A stretch of 64,000 nt of DNA from Candidatus Marinacidobacterales bacterium (GCA_965224085.1 CBDCYI010000005.1:960001-1024000); one strand, 5' to 3'; counted from the stretch's first letter, positions 18,418 to 28,505 are shown. A program made the numbers and translations. Notes: a model not told the origin generated them from the sequence alone.

Positions 18418-19227
18418 ATGAACGCGCGCGCCAGTCTCATCGCCGGGCTATTGGTTCTCGTGGCCTGGACCATGATGGCGGCGCTCGCGCCAGGAGTGGC
18501 GCCCTACGATCCTTTCGAGACCGTGAGCGACGCCCGGCAAGCGCCCTCTTCCGAGTTCTGGTTCGGGACGGACCGCCTCGGGCGCGACGTACTGAGCCGC
18601 GTGATCTTCGGCGCGCGCATTTCCCTCGTGCTCGGCTTCATCAGCGTCAGCATTGGCGCGGCGGTGGGCACGACGCTCGGCATCGTCTCGGGCTACTACC
18701 GCGCAAGAGTTGACACGCTAATCATGCGCGCGATGGACGCCATGCTCGCCTTTCCCGGCATGCTGATGGCGCTCGTGATCATCGCCGCTCTCGGCCCGAG
18801 CATCACGAACGTGATGATCGCGGTCGGCGTCTCGACCATCCCCCGCTACGCGCGTCTCATCCGAAGCACCGTGCTCTCGCTGCGCGAGCAGGCTTACATC
18901 GACGCGGCGCGGCTTCTGGGACTGCGCGACCTGAAGATCATGTTCCGGCACGTGCTTCCCAACACGATGGCGCCTCTTCTCGTGCTCTCGACCCTTCAGT
19001 TCGGAAACGCCATTGCGGTGGGGGCGGGGCTCAGCTTTCTCGGCCTGGGCGCGCAACCGCCCACCGCGGAGTGGGGCTTGATGGCCGCGGTGGGGCGTGA
19101 GGTTCTGGGGCGGGCTTGGTGGATCTCGACCTTCCCCGGCCTCGCGATTTTCACCGCCGTCATGGCCTGTAACCTTCTCGGGGACAGCCTTCGAGAAAGT
19201 TTGGACCCGCGTTTGAGCTCACGGTGA
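18418..19227 (+). CDS. ABC transporter permease (DppC-like)
   Basis: FGTDRLGRDVLSRVIFGARISL, YIDAARLLG, LSFLGLGAQPPTAEWG. Confidence 0.93.
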   Translation: MNARASLIAGLLVLVAWTMMAALAPGVAPYDPFETVSDARQAPSSEFWFGTDRLGRDVLSRVIFGARISLVLGFISVSIGAAVGTTLGIVSGYYRARVDTLIMRAMDAMLAFPGMLMALVIIAALGPSITNVMIAVGVSTIPRYARLIRSTVLSLREQAYIDAARLLGLRDLKIMFRHVLPNTMAPLLVLSTLQFGNAIAVGAGLSFLGLGAQPPTAEWGLMAAVGREVLGRAWWISTFPGLAIFTAVMACNLLGDSLRESLDPRLSSR

Positions 19228-19244
19228 TACCGTGTCGCTCATAG

Positions 19245-19349
19245 GGAGTGCGTGAGCGGAGCGTACGACTTCGCCAAGGCTTCGTCGGGGCCTCGCCGAA
19301 GCCCGAAGGGCGGAGGCGGGAGCCCGGCCCGCTGGGCCGACGACACTCC
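19245..19349 (+). repeat. REP-like nested palindromic element inside operon
   Basis: Outer GGAGTG/CACTCC stem enclosing CGCC-GAA-GCCCGAAGGGC-GGA-GGCG and CGGCCC/GGGCCG hairpins. Confidence 0.55.
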
Positions 19350-19384
19350 GGGCGAGGCCAAGAGAGAGCGAGCTTAAGCAGGAG

Positions 19385-20797
19385 ATGACCGATCGAAAAT
19401 TTGTAGGCATGCAGCTTGGCCCCGTCAGTTTCGTCGACGAAGGCGTGGACGCGGTGCTCGATACACTCGCCGAGCGTGTCGGCGTCAACGTGCTCTTCAT
19501 CGGAACCGTGAGCTGGCTCGGGCTCAAGATCGGCCGGAGCATTTCGTGGGAGCTCGACGGCTGGCCCGACCACGGTGTCGCCGAGCCCGCCGAAGTCGCG
19601 GGTGGTTCGTATTTGACACCTCGACCCGAGCTCTACGACAACACACTTATCCGAAACTTTCGCGCGCCCGACGCCGGGATGAGGGACAAAGACATCTTGG
19701 AGATAGTCATTCCGGGTGCGCGGAAACGTGGCATGAAGGTAATGCCCGAGCTCATGGAGCCTCTCTTCAAATATGCGGGGCATGGCTCGGCGAAGGGGGT
19801 ACCCATCCCCAACTTGCCTCAATGCCTGGAGGTGGATCATCTCGGGCGAATCGGCCCTGAGCCGTGCCTCGAAAATCCCGACTATCGAAACTTCTGGCAT
19901 GCCCTCATTGAGGACCACTGTCGTAACTATGACATCGACGGCATCATGTGGTGCAACGAGCGAAGTAGCCCTCTCGACCAACTCGTATCGGGAACGGCGC
20001 CGACTTGCTTCTGTCAATTCTGTATCGAGAGCTTCCAGTCCTACGGCATCGACGTCGAGCGCGCCCGCACGGCCTCGGGAAAGCTTTATGCGTTCTTTCA
20101 AGCGGCGCGGGCGGGCGAACGCTTCGTCGACGGCACGTTTATCGAATTTCTCCGAGCGCTTCTGCAGCATCCAGAGATCCTGCTCCTGGAGCGTCACTGG
20201 GTGCGGCGCAACAAAGATCTCGACCGTGAACTCTACGGCATCACGAAATGGTGCAAGCCGGATCTCGAGTTCGGCCTCAACGTCTGGAACCGGAATCACT
20301 TCAACCCCATTCGAAAGGCCGAATATCCGTGGGCGGAAGCGGTTGACTACGCCGATTGGGTGAAGCCCATCACCTATCAACACCAATCGGGGCAAATCTA
20401 CGTGAAGGAGATGACCGCGTTCCACGAGACGCTGCTGCAGGACGCCACGCCCGAGGAGTGGAACCCAATCCTCTGCGAGATCCTCGGTCTCGAAGAGGCA
20501 GCCTGGGGCGAGCTCATAGAAAAAGGCATGGGGGCTAGAACCTATGTCGGCGGGCAGTGCCGCGACGCAGTCCAAGCCCTAGACGGGAAGCTCCCTGTCT
20601 ACATGGGCGTAGGCGTGGACGCGCCGCGTGTGAGCCCCGAGCAAGCCAAGTGCACGCCTGAGATCGTACACGAGAGCGTTCTCGCTACTTACGCCGCGGG
20701 CGGTGCCGGTGTCATCTTTTCTCCGAACTATGCAAGCATGAAACTCAGCAATTTGGACGGCGCCGCCCGTGCGCTCGAGGAGCTGGGTCTCAAGTGA
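19385..20797 (+). CDS. Uncharacterised TIM-barrel, glycoside-hydrolase-like (GHL10-like) protein
   Basis: CLENPDYRNFW, YDIDGIMW, CFCQFCIESF, WVKPITY pattern; 470 aa. Confidence 0.6.
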   Translation: MTDRKFVGMQLGPVSFVDEGVDAVLDTLAERVGVNVLFIGTVSWLGLKIGRSISWELDGWPDHGVAEPAEVAGGSYLTPRPELYDNTLIRNFRAPDAGMRDKDILEIVIPGARKRGMKVMPELMEPLFKYAGHGSAKGVPIPNLPQCLEVDHLGRIGPEPCLENPDYRNFWHALIEDHCRNYDIDGIMWCNERSSPLDQLVSGTAPTCFCQFCIESFQSYGIDVERARTASGKLYAFFQAARAGERFVDGTFIEFLRALLQHPEILLLERHWVRRNKDLDRELYGITKWCKPDLEFGLNVWNRNHFNPIRKAEYPWAEAVDYADWVKPITYQHQSGQIYVKEMTAFHETLLQDATPEEWNPILCEILGLEEAAWGELIEKGMGARTYVGGQCRDAVQALDGKLPVYMGVGVDAPRVSPEQAKCTPEIVHESVLATYAAGGAGVIFSPNYASMKLSNLDGAARALEELGLK

Positions 20798-20839
20798 CGT
20801 GATTCTCCAGAAATCCGAAACAACGAAAGGAGTTCAAGA

Positions 20840-22078
20840 ATGCCCGAAGCGCCCGCATGGAAATTTCAACCGCTGCTCCAGGAGCTCGCGGTCAAAAAAC
20901 CTCTGACCGCCATCCTCACCGGAAGGGTGATTACCGCGGTCGGCAACGAAGTCATCGAAGACGGCTATGTCGAGATTCGAGACGGCATCATCGAGGACGT
21001 CGGCACCGACGCCAATGCACGCCTGGCCAAGGGCACGAACGAGCACGAAGTGATTGAAACGCCGGGGACGATTCTCCCCGGCATCATCAACTCGCACGCT
21101 CACCTTGGCTGGGACGGCATCCACGACCTCGCTCATCAAGCCCTTCACGATCCGCCGGAAATCAGCGCCTACAAATGCGCCGCCAACATGCTCGCGAGCT
21201 TGAAGTCGGGAACGACAACGGTACGCGATCTCGGGATGAACAAGAGCGGCTATTTCGCGAAGCAAGCTGTCGAGCAAGGCATCTTTCCCGGCCCGCGCCT
21301 TCTCATCTGCGGCGAGGCCATCACCCAGACCGGCGGCCACACCTATTGGTGCTGCCGCGAGGCGTCCGGCCGGGACGAGATGCGTCGCGCGGTGCGCGAG
21401 CAAGTGATGCACGGCGCAGACCTCATCAAGATCATGACATGCCACGACAATCTAGAGCTCACCGACGCGGAGTTCGAAGCCGTCATCGACGAGGCGCATC
21501 AACACAAACGTCCCATCACAGCGCATGCGACCTTCGACGCCGCCATCGCCCGCTCCGCCAAATTCGGCATCGACGTCATCGAGCACGGCGGCGCCATGTC
21601 CGACGAGACCATCACGCTTCTTCTCGAAAAAGACATCCCTATCGTTACGACCTTCTCGCCGCTCGTGATGCAATCGGTCTCCGAAGTGGCACGGAAGTAC
21701 AACATCCCAGAGTGGAAAATCAAAGAGCGTCAGAAAGCGGTGGCCGACAAGAGCCGCTTCGACGGCATGGTACGCGCCGCAAAAGCGGGTGTCCGCATCG
21801 TCTTCGGGACCGACTCGGGAAGCCCGGTCGTCCGCCACGGCACCGTCGTGCCGGAGCTCGAGTTCATGGTGCAGATGGGCGTCGTAGGGGACAACCACGC
21901 GGCAATCATGGCAGCGACCCGAGACGCCGCGAAGATGAACAAGCTCGATGAAAAAATAGGGACACTCGAGAAGGGGAAAGAAGCCGATATCATCACGGTT
22001 GACGGGAACCCACTCGAGGATCTGAAGGCGCTTGGCGCCGTGACGCTGACGCTCCTACGGGGCGGTCGGCCGTTTTGA
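20840..22078 (+). CDS. Amidohydrolase-superfamily metal-dependent hydrolase
   Basis: PGIINSHAH, GTTTVRDLG, DLIKIM, TAHA, IEHG, GTDSG, GTLEKGKEAD. Confidence 0.9.
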   Translation: MPEAPAWKFQPLLQELAVKKPLTAILTGRVITAVGNEVIEDGYVEIRDGIIEDVGTDANARLAKGTNEHEVIETPGTILPGIINSHAHLGWDGIHDLAHQALHDPPEISAYKCAANMLASLKSGTTTVRDLGMNKSGYFAKQAVEQGIFPGPRLLICGEAITQTGGHTYWCCREASGRDEMRRAVREQVMHGADLIKIMTCHDNLELTDAEFEAVIDEAHQHKRPITAHATFDAAIARSAKFGIDVIEHGGAMSDETITLLLEKDIPIVTTFSPLVMQSVSEVARKYNIPEWKIKERQKAVADKSRFDGMVRAAKAGVRIVFGTDSGSPVVRHGTVVPELEFMVQMGVVGDNHAAIMAATRDAAKMNKLDEKIGTLEKGKEADIITVDGNPLEDLKALGAVTLTLLRGGRPF

Positions 22079-22106
22079 GCTTCGTGGATCAAGAAGATAC
22101 AAAGCT

Positions 22107-23261
22107 ATGACGCTTCTCGCTAAGCGTGCTGTTGCGGTGAAGGCCAGTATTCGGACTCGTATGCTCGAGCTGGCGGCTGGGCTCGATGACATCATTCCTC
22201 TTGGTCGTGGCGACCCGGATTTTGATACACCCCGGGAGATCGTCGACGAAGGCGTCCGCGCACTCAACGAAGGGTTTCATCACTACACAATGCCAGCGGG
22301 CTCCGTCGAGCTGCGTGAAGCGATCTGTGAGAAGTTGCGGCGGGAGAACGGTCTCGACTACTCCGCCGGTCAAGTCATTGTCACGAACGGCTGTCAGGAG
22401 GCTCTTTTTATCTCCATCATGTGTCTCGTCGATCCCGGTGACGAAGTCCTCCTGCAGGCGCCGCGGTTCAACGCGTTCGACTATATGGTGAGTCTGGCGG
22501 GTGGTGAGGTCGTGTCGGTACCGACGACGGAAGAGAACGATTTCGCGCTCAAAGCGGCGGACATCGAGCGTGCTTTGACCGAGAAAACGAAGCTTCTTGT
22601 TGTTGCCAATCCCAATAATCCGACGGGGGCGTTGACCGAGAAGAAAGACTTGGCCGAGATCGCTGCACTCGCGGTCGAGCGCGATCTTCTCGTTTTGTCG
22701 GACGAGATTTACGAGAAGATTCTTTTCGACGGCCGGGAATATACGAGCCTCGCAGTGTTCGACGGGCTCTATGAGCGCACGGTGACGATCAACGGGTTCT
22801 CGAAGGCTTATGCCATGACTGGCTGGCGCGTTGGCTATCTGGCCGGTCCCGATTGGCTGATGGAGCCCGCCATCGAGGTGAAGCAAACGCTCAGCATCTG
22901 TACGCCGCCGGCACTTCAGCAGGGTGCGCTCGCGGCGCTCCGGATTGGGGCAAACGCGCAGCGCGCCATGGCAGAGGAGTACCAAGAGAGACGCGACATC
23001 ATCTTGAAGCGGCTCGACGGGCTCGGCATCAGCTACGGCTATCCGGGCGGTGGCATGTATGTCTACGCGAATGTCTCGAGCACGGGTCTCGACGCCGAGA
23101 CGTTTTGCTACGAGCTTTTGTGGCGGGAGCAGGTCATGATTTTTCCCGGTACGCTCTTCGCGGATGACACCAACCAACACGTACGCATCACGCTACTCTC
23201 GCCCAAAGACAAGATCGAACAGGCGCTCGACCGGCTCGCGAGATTCATCGAAAACCTATAG
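22107..23261 (+). CDS. PLP-dependent aminotransferase class I/II
   Basis: GDPDFDTP, ANPNNPTG, SDEIY, NGFSKAYAMTGWRVGY. Confidence 0.93.
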   Translation: MTLLAKRAVAVKASIRTRMLELAAGLDDIIPLGRGDPDFDTPREIVDEGVRALNEGFHHYTMPAGSVELREAICEKLRRENGLDYSAGQVIVTNGCQEALFISIMCLVDPGDEVLLQAPRFNAFDYMVSLAGGEVVSVPTTEENDFALKAADIERALTEKTKLLVVANPNNPTGALTEKKDLAEIAALAVERDLLVLSDEIYEKILFDGREYTSLAVFDGLYERTVTINGFSKAYAMTGWRVGYLAGPDWLMEPAIEVKQTLSICTPPALQQGALAALRIGANAQRAMAEEYQERRDIILKRLDGLGISYGYPGGGMYVYANVSSTGLDAETFCYELLWREQVMIFPGTLFADDTNQHVRITLLSPKDKIEQALDRLARFIENL

Positions 23262-23270
23262 CGCGTTGCC

Positions 23271-24341
23271 ATGGCGATCGAAGGCGAGGTACGCGTCGTG
23301 CTCGTCGGAGCCGGCGTGCGCGGGCGGGTGTGGGCAGCCGTTTGCGCGGAAGCGCCGGGCGTCGCTCTCGTCGGGGTCGTCGACCGGGATCCGTCGACGG
23401 CAGAGTCCGTTTCCGAAGAATTGGCCTCTTACAAGGATGTCGCCTCAGCTCTCGAAGAGTGCCGACCTGACGCGGTCATCATCGCGACGCCGCCCGAGAC
23501 CCACTACGCGATCGGCAAGGCCGCGCTGACCGCGGGCAAGCACGTCCTTTGCGAGAAGCCTCTCTCCGAGGACATGGACGAGGTCGTCGATCTCGTCACC
23601 ACTGCCGAGGCACACGGCGTTCAGCTCCTCGTGGGGATGAACTTCCGCTACTTATCCACCTCGCAGCGCATCCGGCACTATGTGCAGAGCGGCGAGCTCG
23701 GCGTTTTGAGCTACGCGCAGTTTTCCTATGTGCGACACCGAAACGGCCGGCGTGTGGATCTCAACGACTATCCCCTCTCGATGCGCTACCCCATGCTCTT
23801 CGAGCAAAGCATCCATCACTTCGACTTGTTGCGCTATTGCTACGGCCTCGAAGTGGAGTCTCTTGTCGCGGATTCTTTCCGGCCGGCATGGAGCAGCTAC
23901 GAGAACGATTGCTGCGTCTCCGTCTTGTTTCGCTTCGAGTCTGGTGTACGCGTCAACTACCAAGGCACGTGGACTGCGGCCTGGAACAAGATGAGCTTCG
24001 ACTGGCGCAGCGAGTTTGCTTCAGGTGTTCTCGTGCAGCGCTCGCAATTCGACGATCTCGTACGCGTCGACTTCGATCCTGGGCTCGGCCTTTCGGGGCG
24101 GCGCTTCAAGTCGGCGGAAGAATCCGAGAAGCAGCAGGCCGTAGATCTTCCGCCCTGCGTCCCGTTTGTCGATGACACGCGGCTTCTTCTTCAAGAGCTC
24201 GTCGGGGCGATTCGCGGGGAGCTCGAGCCCACAACGACGGGGCGCGATCATCTGAAGAGTCTCAGTCTCGTGCAGGCGGCGATCGAGTCCAACGAGTCCG
24301 GACGCTGGGTCACGCCAGGAGTTTCACTGAGACTGAGGTGA
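23271..24341 (+). CDS. Gfo/Idh/MocA family oxidoreductase
   Basis: VGAGVRG, IATPPETH, GKHVLCEKP, EQSIHHFD. Confidence 0.92.
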   Translation: MAIEGEVRVVLVGAGVRGRVWAAVCAEAPGVALVGVVDRDPSTAESVSEELASYKDVASALEECRPDAVIIATPPETHYAIGKAALTAGKHVLCEKPLSEDMDEVVDLVTTAEAHGVQLLVGMNFRYLSTSQRIRHYVQSGELGVLSYAQFSYVRHRNGRRVDLNDYPLSMRYPMLFEQSIHHFDLLRYCYGLEVESLVADSFRPAWSSYENDCCVSVLFRFESGVRVNYQGTWTAAWNKMSFDWRSEFASGVLVQRSQFDDLVRVDFDPGLGLSGRRFKSAEESEKQQAVDLPPCVPFVDDTRLLLQELVGAIRGELEPTTTGRDHLKSLSLVQAAIESNESGRWVTPGVSLRLR

Positions 24342-25342
24342 TGATGAGCTCCGAAGCTCTTGTGCAGGTACGTGGTCTGAAGACCCGTTTTCACACGCGG
24401 CAAGGCGCGGTGCACGCGGTCAATGGTGTCAGCTTTTCGCTCGAGCGTGGAGAAGTGCTGTCTCTCGTTGGCGAGAGCGGCTGCGGTAAGTCGGCCACCG
24501 TGCTCTCACTGCTCCGCCTCCTGCCGTCTCGACAGGCGACGAGCACCGCGGAAGCCATCCAGTACGACGGGCAGGACTTGCTTTCGCTCGACGAAGAGGC
24601 GATGAGGCGCGTTCGCGGCGCAGATATCGGGATGGTGTTTCAGGATCCGCTCACGTCCCTCAACCCGGTCTTGACCATTGGACGCCAGATGACGGAGATC
24701 CTCGAAGTGCATCGCGGGCTCTCTTCGGTCCAAGCTCGAGACAAAGCCGCTGAGCTTCTGCGGGCGGTGGGCATTCCGCGTCCCCAAGAATGCCTCGACG
24801 ACTATCCTCATCAGTTCTCGGGCGGCATGTGTCAGCGCGTGATGATCGCGATGGCGCTTTCTTGCGACCCGGGACTGCTCATCGCGGACGAGCCGACGAC
24901 GGCGCTCGACGTCACCATCCAGGCACAGATTCTCGAGTTGGTCACCGAGCTCCGCGCCTCGCGGGATATGGCGATGATTTGGATCACGCACGACCTTCGC
25001 GTCGTCGCCGATCTCGCCGATTGGGTCGCGGTCATGTATGGCGGCTACATCGTGGAATATGCACGCGTCGGACCGCTATTCGCATCTCCCCAACATCCTT
25101 ACACCGTGGGGCTACTCGCTTCGCTTCCCCAAATCGATGCGGATAAGCAGGAGCGTCTGTCGACGGTCCCGGGACAGCCGCCCAGTATGACGGCGCTTCC
25201 TCGTGGATGTCCTTTCGCGGAGCGCTGTGAGCTCGTGTACGAGAAATGCCGAGAAGAGAACCCGCCGCTCATGAAGCTCGAGGACGACCGACGCGTCGCG
25301 TGCTGGTGGGACATCGAAGGCGGGCGCGAGCGTAGGGCGTAG
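24338..25342 (+). CDS. ABC ATP-binding protein (DppD/OppD-like)
   Basis: GESGCGKS, FSGGMCQR, IADEPTTALD, C-terminal GCPFAERC. Confidence 0.95.
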   Translation: MMMSSEALVQVRGLKTRFHTRQGAVHAVNGVSFSLERGEVLSLVGESGCGKSATVLSLLRLLPSRQATSTAEAIQYDGQDLLSLDEEAMRRVRGADIGMVFQDPLTSLNPVLTIGRQMTEILEVHRGLSSVQARDKAAELLRAVGIPRPQECLDDYPHQFSGGMCQRVMIAMALSCDPGLLIADEPTTALDVTIQAQILELVTELRASRDMAMIWITHDLRVVADLADWVAVMYGGYIVEYARVGPLFASPQHPYTVGLLASLPQIDADKQERLSTVPGQPPSMTALPRGCPFAERCELVYEKCREENPPLMKLEDDRRVACWWDIEGGRERRA

Positions 25343-25344
25343 CG

Positions 25345-26301
25345 ATGGCAAAGGTGCTGCAAGTCGTTGGGCTCGAAAAGCACTACCCGATCCAGCGCGG
25401 CATCTGGCAGCGGCGGGTCGGTACGGTGCGCGCCGTCGACGGCGTTTCGTTCGAGCTCGAGCAAGGCGAGACGCTCGGCCTCGTCGGAGAAAGCGGGTGC
25501 GGCAAGACCACGCTCGCGCGCACGATCGTAAGGCTGACAGCGCCGACCGCCGGGCAGGTGCTTTTCGACGGAGTGGATGTGCACCGCCTCGACCGCCGCC
25601 CCCTCCGGAAGCTCCGCTCGAAGATGCAAATGATCTTCCAAGATCCTTATTCCTCGCTCAACCCGCGGATGAAGATTGGCGCCTCGATTGGCGAGCCCCT
25701 CGCCGAGCACACGAGCTCGAGCCGGACAGAGCGAGAGGAGCGGATCCGCGAGCTCATGGAGATCGTCGGCCTCGACCCATCTTTCAGCGATCGCTACCCT
25801 CACGAATTTTCCGGCGGCCAACGGCAACGGATCGGTATCGCGCGAGCGCTCGCGCTCAACCCGAACCTGATCGTCTGTGACGAGCCGGTCTCTGCGCTGG
25901 ACGTCTCGATTCAGGGGCAGATCGCGAACCTTTTGAAAGACATCCAGGAGCGGTTCGGTCTTTCCTACCTCTTCATCTCGCACGACTTGGGAATGGTCCG
26001 CCATCTCTGCGACCGTGTCGCGGTGATGTACCTCGGCAAGATTGCGGAGATCGGCTCCGGACAAGATCTCTTTCGAAAGCCCCGCCATCCTTATACGAAG
26101 GCTTTGCTCGCCTCCCTGCCGAGACCCAACCAAAAACGTGCGAGACAGGTGCTCGGAGGCGAGATTCCGTCGCCCGCACAACCCCCGGCGGGATGCCGCT
26201 TCCACACCCGCTGCCCGGAAGTCGAGCCGCAGTGCCGCAGCGAAACGCCTGAGCCCCGCGGCGTCGGTGAGAACCATCAGGCGGCTTGTCATTTGGTCTA
26301 G
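25345..26301 (+). CDS. ABC ATP-binding protein (DppF/OppF-like)
   Basis: GESGCGKT, FSGGQRQR, CDEPVSALD, GCRFHTRC. Confidence 0.95.
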   Translation: MAKVLQVVGLEKHYPIQRGIWQRRVGTVRAVDGVSFELEQGETLGLVGESGCGKTTLARTIVRLTAPTAGQVLFDGVDVHRLDRRPLRKLRSKMQMIFQDPYSSLNPRMKIGASIGEPLAEHTSSSRTEREERIRELMEIVGLDPSFSDRYPHEFSGGQRQRIGIARALALNPNLIVCDEPVSALDVSIQGQIANLLKDIQERFGLSYLFISHDLGMVRHLCDRVAVMYLGKIAEIGSGQDLFRKPRHPYTKALLASLPRPNQKRARQVLGGEIPSPAQPPAGCRFHTRCPEVEPQCRSETPEPRGVGENHQAACHLV

Positions 26302-26359
26302 AGTGAATGCTGCCCCTGTTGGAATACCTGCCTTGGAGACGCAGACGGGAAGGTTACGA

Positions 26360-26650
26360 CTAGAGCTCCAGCTTGGCTGATTCGACCGCGGCCGCGATAA
26401 CATCAGGCTCAACACCCTGTTGCTTCAAGCTGTCGATGAGCCTCGTAATATCGCTCGCGCCTTCCAAGCGTTCGAGATCTTTTCGAAAGCCCTGTCCGAC
26501 ATAGGCCCGAATCAAGGGTTGATATCCCGAAAACCCGAGCAAAGGCGCGATTCGTTTTAGATCCGCGACCACATCCTCCGGAAACCGGAGACTAATCGTC
26601 TTCATCGGACGATCGCGACGAAGGCGCTCTTGAAGCTTACTCTTCTTCAT
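26360..26650 (-). CDS. CopG/BrnA-like antitoxin
   Basis: DRPMKTISLRFPEDVVADLKRIA..GYQPLIRAYVGQG ribbon-helix-helix pattern. Confidence 0.75.
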   Translation of the reverse strand: MKKSKLQERLRRDRPMKTISLRFPEDVVADLKRIAPLLGFSGYQPLIRAYVGQGFRKDLERLEGASDITRLIDSLKQQGVEPDVIAAAVESAKLEL

Positions 26651-26740
26651 ACAGTTTTCGCTGCGTGGCGCTCGCAGCGCGTGCTGAGACGATTCTAAGC
26701 TCATCGCATATACGTTGTCAATACGTTCACGTTGTTGCTT
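26637..26740 (-). pseudogene. BrnT-like toxin reduced to its C-terminal tail
   Basis: LRIVSARAASATQRKLYEEE* overlapping the antitoxin start; body of toxin missing. Confidence 0.65.
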
Positions 26741-26978
26741 TTTGTTACTATTCGTAACGGACGAGAAAGAAGTTAACCGGGCCTCCTTACGTTCACGCAG
26801 AAACCAGGTTAGAGCCGCTGACAATCTGGTTTCGCCAACGGATCACTGCCCCGCGAATAGGTTGCGGCGCGGGCTAGGTGGGGCTCCTGGAAGCGCCGCA
26901 TGGTGTCGCGCCTTTCTGATGAGGCGCTCTAGGCGCTCGCCGCCGTGTGAGTCTCGCCGCCCAACGCGCTTTCACTCA

Positions 26979-27025
26979 ATTAATCATGGAAATCAGGACT
27001 TGATATACTGATTTTCATGATTAAT
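26979..27025. promoter_or_regulatory. 18-bp-arm AT-rich inverted repeat, operator-like
   Basis: ATTAATCATGGAAATCAG-11 nt-CTGATTTTCATGATTAAT (one mismatch), 10 nt before the ATPase start. Confidence 0.7.
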
Positions 27026-27035
27026 ACTAAAGAAC

Positions 27036-28190
27036 GTGCTCCCACGACCTCGAGCCCTCGCGCGCGTCGACCGTGCGCTGGAGCTCCATCCCGTGGCCGC
27101 CCTTCTCGGCCCGCGCCAATCTGGGAAAACCACGCTCGCCAGGATGATTGCGGATCGCGAGCCTTGCGAGTTCTTCGATCTGGAAAACCCCGTCGATCGA
27201 GGCCGCCTCTCAGCCCCAATGACCGCGCTCGAAAAGCTGTCCGGGTTAGTCATCGTCGACGAAGTCCAAAGGCAACCAGATTTGTTCGAGCTTGTCCGCG
27301 TGCTCGTGGACCGTCCGAAAAATGCGGCTCGGTTTCTACTGCTCGGCTCTGCTTCTCCTGGAATCGTTCGAGGCGTCTCCGAGTCTCTCGCGGGCCGCAT
27401 CGGCTTCATCGACCTGTCGGGATTCGACCTCCGTGAGACCGGCGACGAAGCCCAAGATCGCCTTTGGGTTCGAGGTGGCTTCCCGCGCTCTTTTCTTGCC
27501 GCGGACGACGCGGCAAGTTTGGTTTGGCGCGAGGATTTCGCGCGTACGTTTCTCGAGCGGGATATTCCTCAGCTCGGAATCACTATTCCGGCTGAAACAC
27601 TGCGCCGGTTCTGGACGATGATCGCTCACTACCACGGCCAGATCTGGAACGCCGCCGAGCTCGCGAGATCGCTGGGCGCTTCCGAGAAAACGGCGCGGAA
27701 CTACCTCGATATTCTCGCGGGCGCTTTTATGGTTCGCGTGCTCCCTCCGTGGTTCGAGAACGTTGGCAAGCGGCAAGTAAAGTCTCCCAAAGTCTATCTC
27801 CGCGACACCGGCATTCTTCACGCGCTTCTCAAAATCGCGACGCTTTCGGAGCTGCAATCGCATCCGAAGATCGGCGCCTCATGGGAAGGTTTCGCGATCG
27901 AGCAGATCGTTGGTCTATTCAACACGAGAGACGCGTACTTTTGGTCGACACATGGCGGCGCGGAGCTCGACTTGCTCGTGATGCTCGGAGGCAAGCGCTA
28001 CGGATTCGAGTTCAAGTATCAAGACGCGCCCCGACGAACGAGGTCGATGCGGATCGCCCTGGAGGATCTCGGGCTTCAAAAGTTGTGGGTCGTCTACCCC
28101 GGTTCGAAGGAGTACGCCTTGCACGACACGATCGATGTGGTACCGCTCACGTCGATCCCGACCCTCGCCGCTGCTCTGGGCGCCTCGTAA
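27036..28190 (+). CDS. AAA_14 ATPase with DUF4143 (wHTH + PD-(D/E)xK-like) domain
   Basis: GPRQSGKTT, IVDEVQR, LLGSAS, ESLAGRI, RGGFP, KSPKVYLRDTG, ELDLL..FEFK. Confidence 0.9.
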   Translation: MLPRPRALARVDRALELHPVAALLGPRQSGKTTLARMIADREPCEFFDLENPVDRGRLSAPMTALEKLSGLVIVDEVQRQPDLFELVRVLVDRPKNAARFLLLGSASPGIVRGVSESLAGRIGFIDLSGFDLRETGDEAQDRLWVRGGFPRSFLAADDAASLVWREDFARTFLERDIPQLGITIPAETLRRFWTMIAHYHGQIWNAAELARSLGASEKTARNYLDILAGAFMVRVLPPWFENVGKRQVKSPKVYLRDTGILHALLKIATLSELQSHPKIGASWEGFAIEQIVGLFNTRDAYFWSTHGGAELDLLVMLGGKRYGFEFKYQDAPRRTRSMRIALEDLGLQKLWVVYPGSKEYALHDTIDVVPLTSIPTLAAALGAS

Positions 28191-28216
28191 GAGCGTCCCT
28201 AGCTGACCTGGGCGCT

Positions 28217-28495
28217 TTACTTTCGAATCAAGGAATACACCGCCGGAGCTTCCTCGCCGTGGTCGAGTCCAGTGAACGTGATCTGGACGCGGTCTTCGTC
28301 TTTGAACACGATCGTAATCTCCCGCGTGTAGTACGCGTCCGGCTCGGAGAGGTTGGTAATGTCTACGAAATCGAAGAATTCGAGCACACCCTTCTTCGGA
28401 TCGTAGCTACTGGCGCGCAGCCTTGGTTGGTTGCCGGCGCCGCAGTAATGAGTGAGCCGAAGCTCGTCCCCGTCCATGTGGTAAACACTCCCCTG
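28217..28495 (-). pseudogene. 3' fragment of conserved hypothetical protein
   Basis: SVYHMDGDELRLTHYCGAGNQPRL; 5' end replaced by a kinase start. Confidence 0.55.
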
Positions 28496-28505
28496 TACTC
28501 TCGGA

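Noticed and set aside
26910-26945. CTGATGAG suggesting a hammerhead ribozyme
   Set aside because: No GAAA after the putative stem II and no closing stems
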